Source: Moniliella sp. 'wahieum' (lineage: Eukaryota). From it: a stretch of 64,000 bases of DNA. The notes under the pieces were generated by a model, which ran no database searches, had not been told where the DNA came from, and saw nothing but the letters and a program-made list of their open reading frames with translations. The position numbers were made by a program, and so were the translations under genes. This document shows, piece by piece, positions 63,055 to 64,000 of this stretch. The stretch is taken from assembly GCA_003971905.1 (NCBI GenBank), contig RSEE01000048.1, forward strand, positions 310,001 to 374,000, given 5' to 3'. How positions within the stretch are numbered: the stretch's first letter is position 1; each line of letters opens with the position of its first letter.

Positions 63055-64000
63055 CACGAGGCAGCGCAGCCGCCTAGGGCTGTGCGCTGGGGCGGGGCCT
63101 CAGGCTGAGGCGCGGAGGAGGCCGAGCGCGAGAAGGGCAGCGGGGGGCAGATGGAGGCTGATCCAGCCGACCCGCGTGGCGATCGGCTGGGCAAATGATG
63201 ATGTCATTGGCATGCCCGTCTGAATCGCTGGAAAGAGAGCCGGCGGAGGGTGAGGGTGAGCCGGTGATGGACCGAGGAGGGACGCTCGACGGGTGGCGGG
63301 ATGTGCGTGTGATGTGTGTGATGTGTGTGACTGGCGGCTATCGCAAGCACGGGCCTGGCGGCGCGAGGGGCCATGCATGGTCGACGGGGCACCGAGGCGG
63401 GCCTACGCCTAAGGCCTAAGCGAGTGCGATGGCTGGAAGGCTGTGCAGCCACTCTGGCCATGTGCGCGGCGTCTCACGTGCGCGCCAGACGCACACGCGA
63501 TGGATATTGGATGGCGCAAGGAGTGCGTCTGCTCCACCCTCGCCTATCTCTGCCTCCGCTCCACCCCCGCCTCTCTCGCCCACCCGCACACGCCACACGC
63601 AGATGGGCGTCAACGGCAGAGGCAGAGGTCAACATGCCATGCCAGCACAATCCATCTGTCTCGTCACGCCCAGCGCCCCCGCTCAGATCATGTAGTGCAA
63701 CAACACGCAAGCGGCAGAGACACACGCCTGCCTCTCCGTCCGCTCATCAACATTCAACGTACTCAACCGCCTTGGCTCGCCGTGCTCATTCCTACGCGTG
63801 GCGTGGAGCACATCCAGGCACAGGCCGCTGCGAAAGTGCGCTGGCATCATGTGACGTCAGCGGCGCAACGAAGTGGAGGAGGACACGCGCGCAAATGGGT
63901 TGCGCGCACTCGGCACCCCCGGCCGCCCCGGCGGCGGCGTGGGGCGGATCCCATTGGGACTGGGCACGGTGGCCGACAGACTTCGGGAGAAAAGGGAGCG

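Overview
GC-rich, intron-containing fungal genomic DNA, most likely a basidiomycete and possibly a smut/Ustilaginomycotina-like yeast (taxon is inferred, not shown). Introns are short with GTRNGY donors, CTRAC branch sites and YAG acceptors. About 22 protein-coding genes, mostly housekeeping: a CaMK kinase running into an HSL-family esterase, GCP3/SPC98, mitoribosomal mS45/Bot1, USP7/UBP15, MIPC synthase (GT32), NAT9, SAL1-type Ca-binding mitochondrial carrier, PP1 inhibitor-2, an orphan ORF, OHCU decarboxylase, BUD20, importin-4/KAP123, NTMT1/TAE1, FTase beta RAM1, TFB1, RPT2, 6PGD, a PHD-finger protein, G-beta, HIBADH, a Zn2Cys6 transcription factor and a LEA-like protein. Almost every gene, including essential ones, is broken by single-base indels; I read these as unpolished long-read assembly errors, so gene ends are approximate. 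Best leads: (1) an apparent CaMK-esterase fusion; (2) intergenic 7-bp-period arrays that keep a T-N-A triplet in phase around many different palindromic cores; (3) an snR71/SNORD29-like box C/D snoRNA inside a KAP123 intron; (4) a BUD20-KAP123-TAE1 group sharing RRPE-like promoter motifs; (5) a recurrent AACCCTAGC telobox-like promoter motif. I found no CRISPR array, tRNA, rRNA or intact transposase/RT gene, and I cannot show that any system here is truly undescribed.
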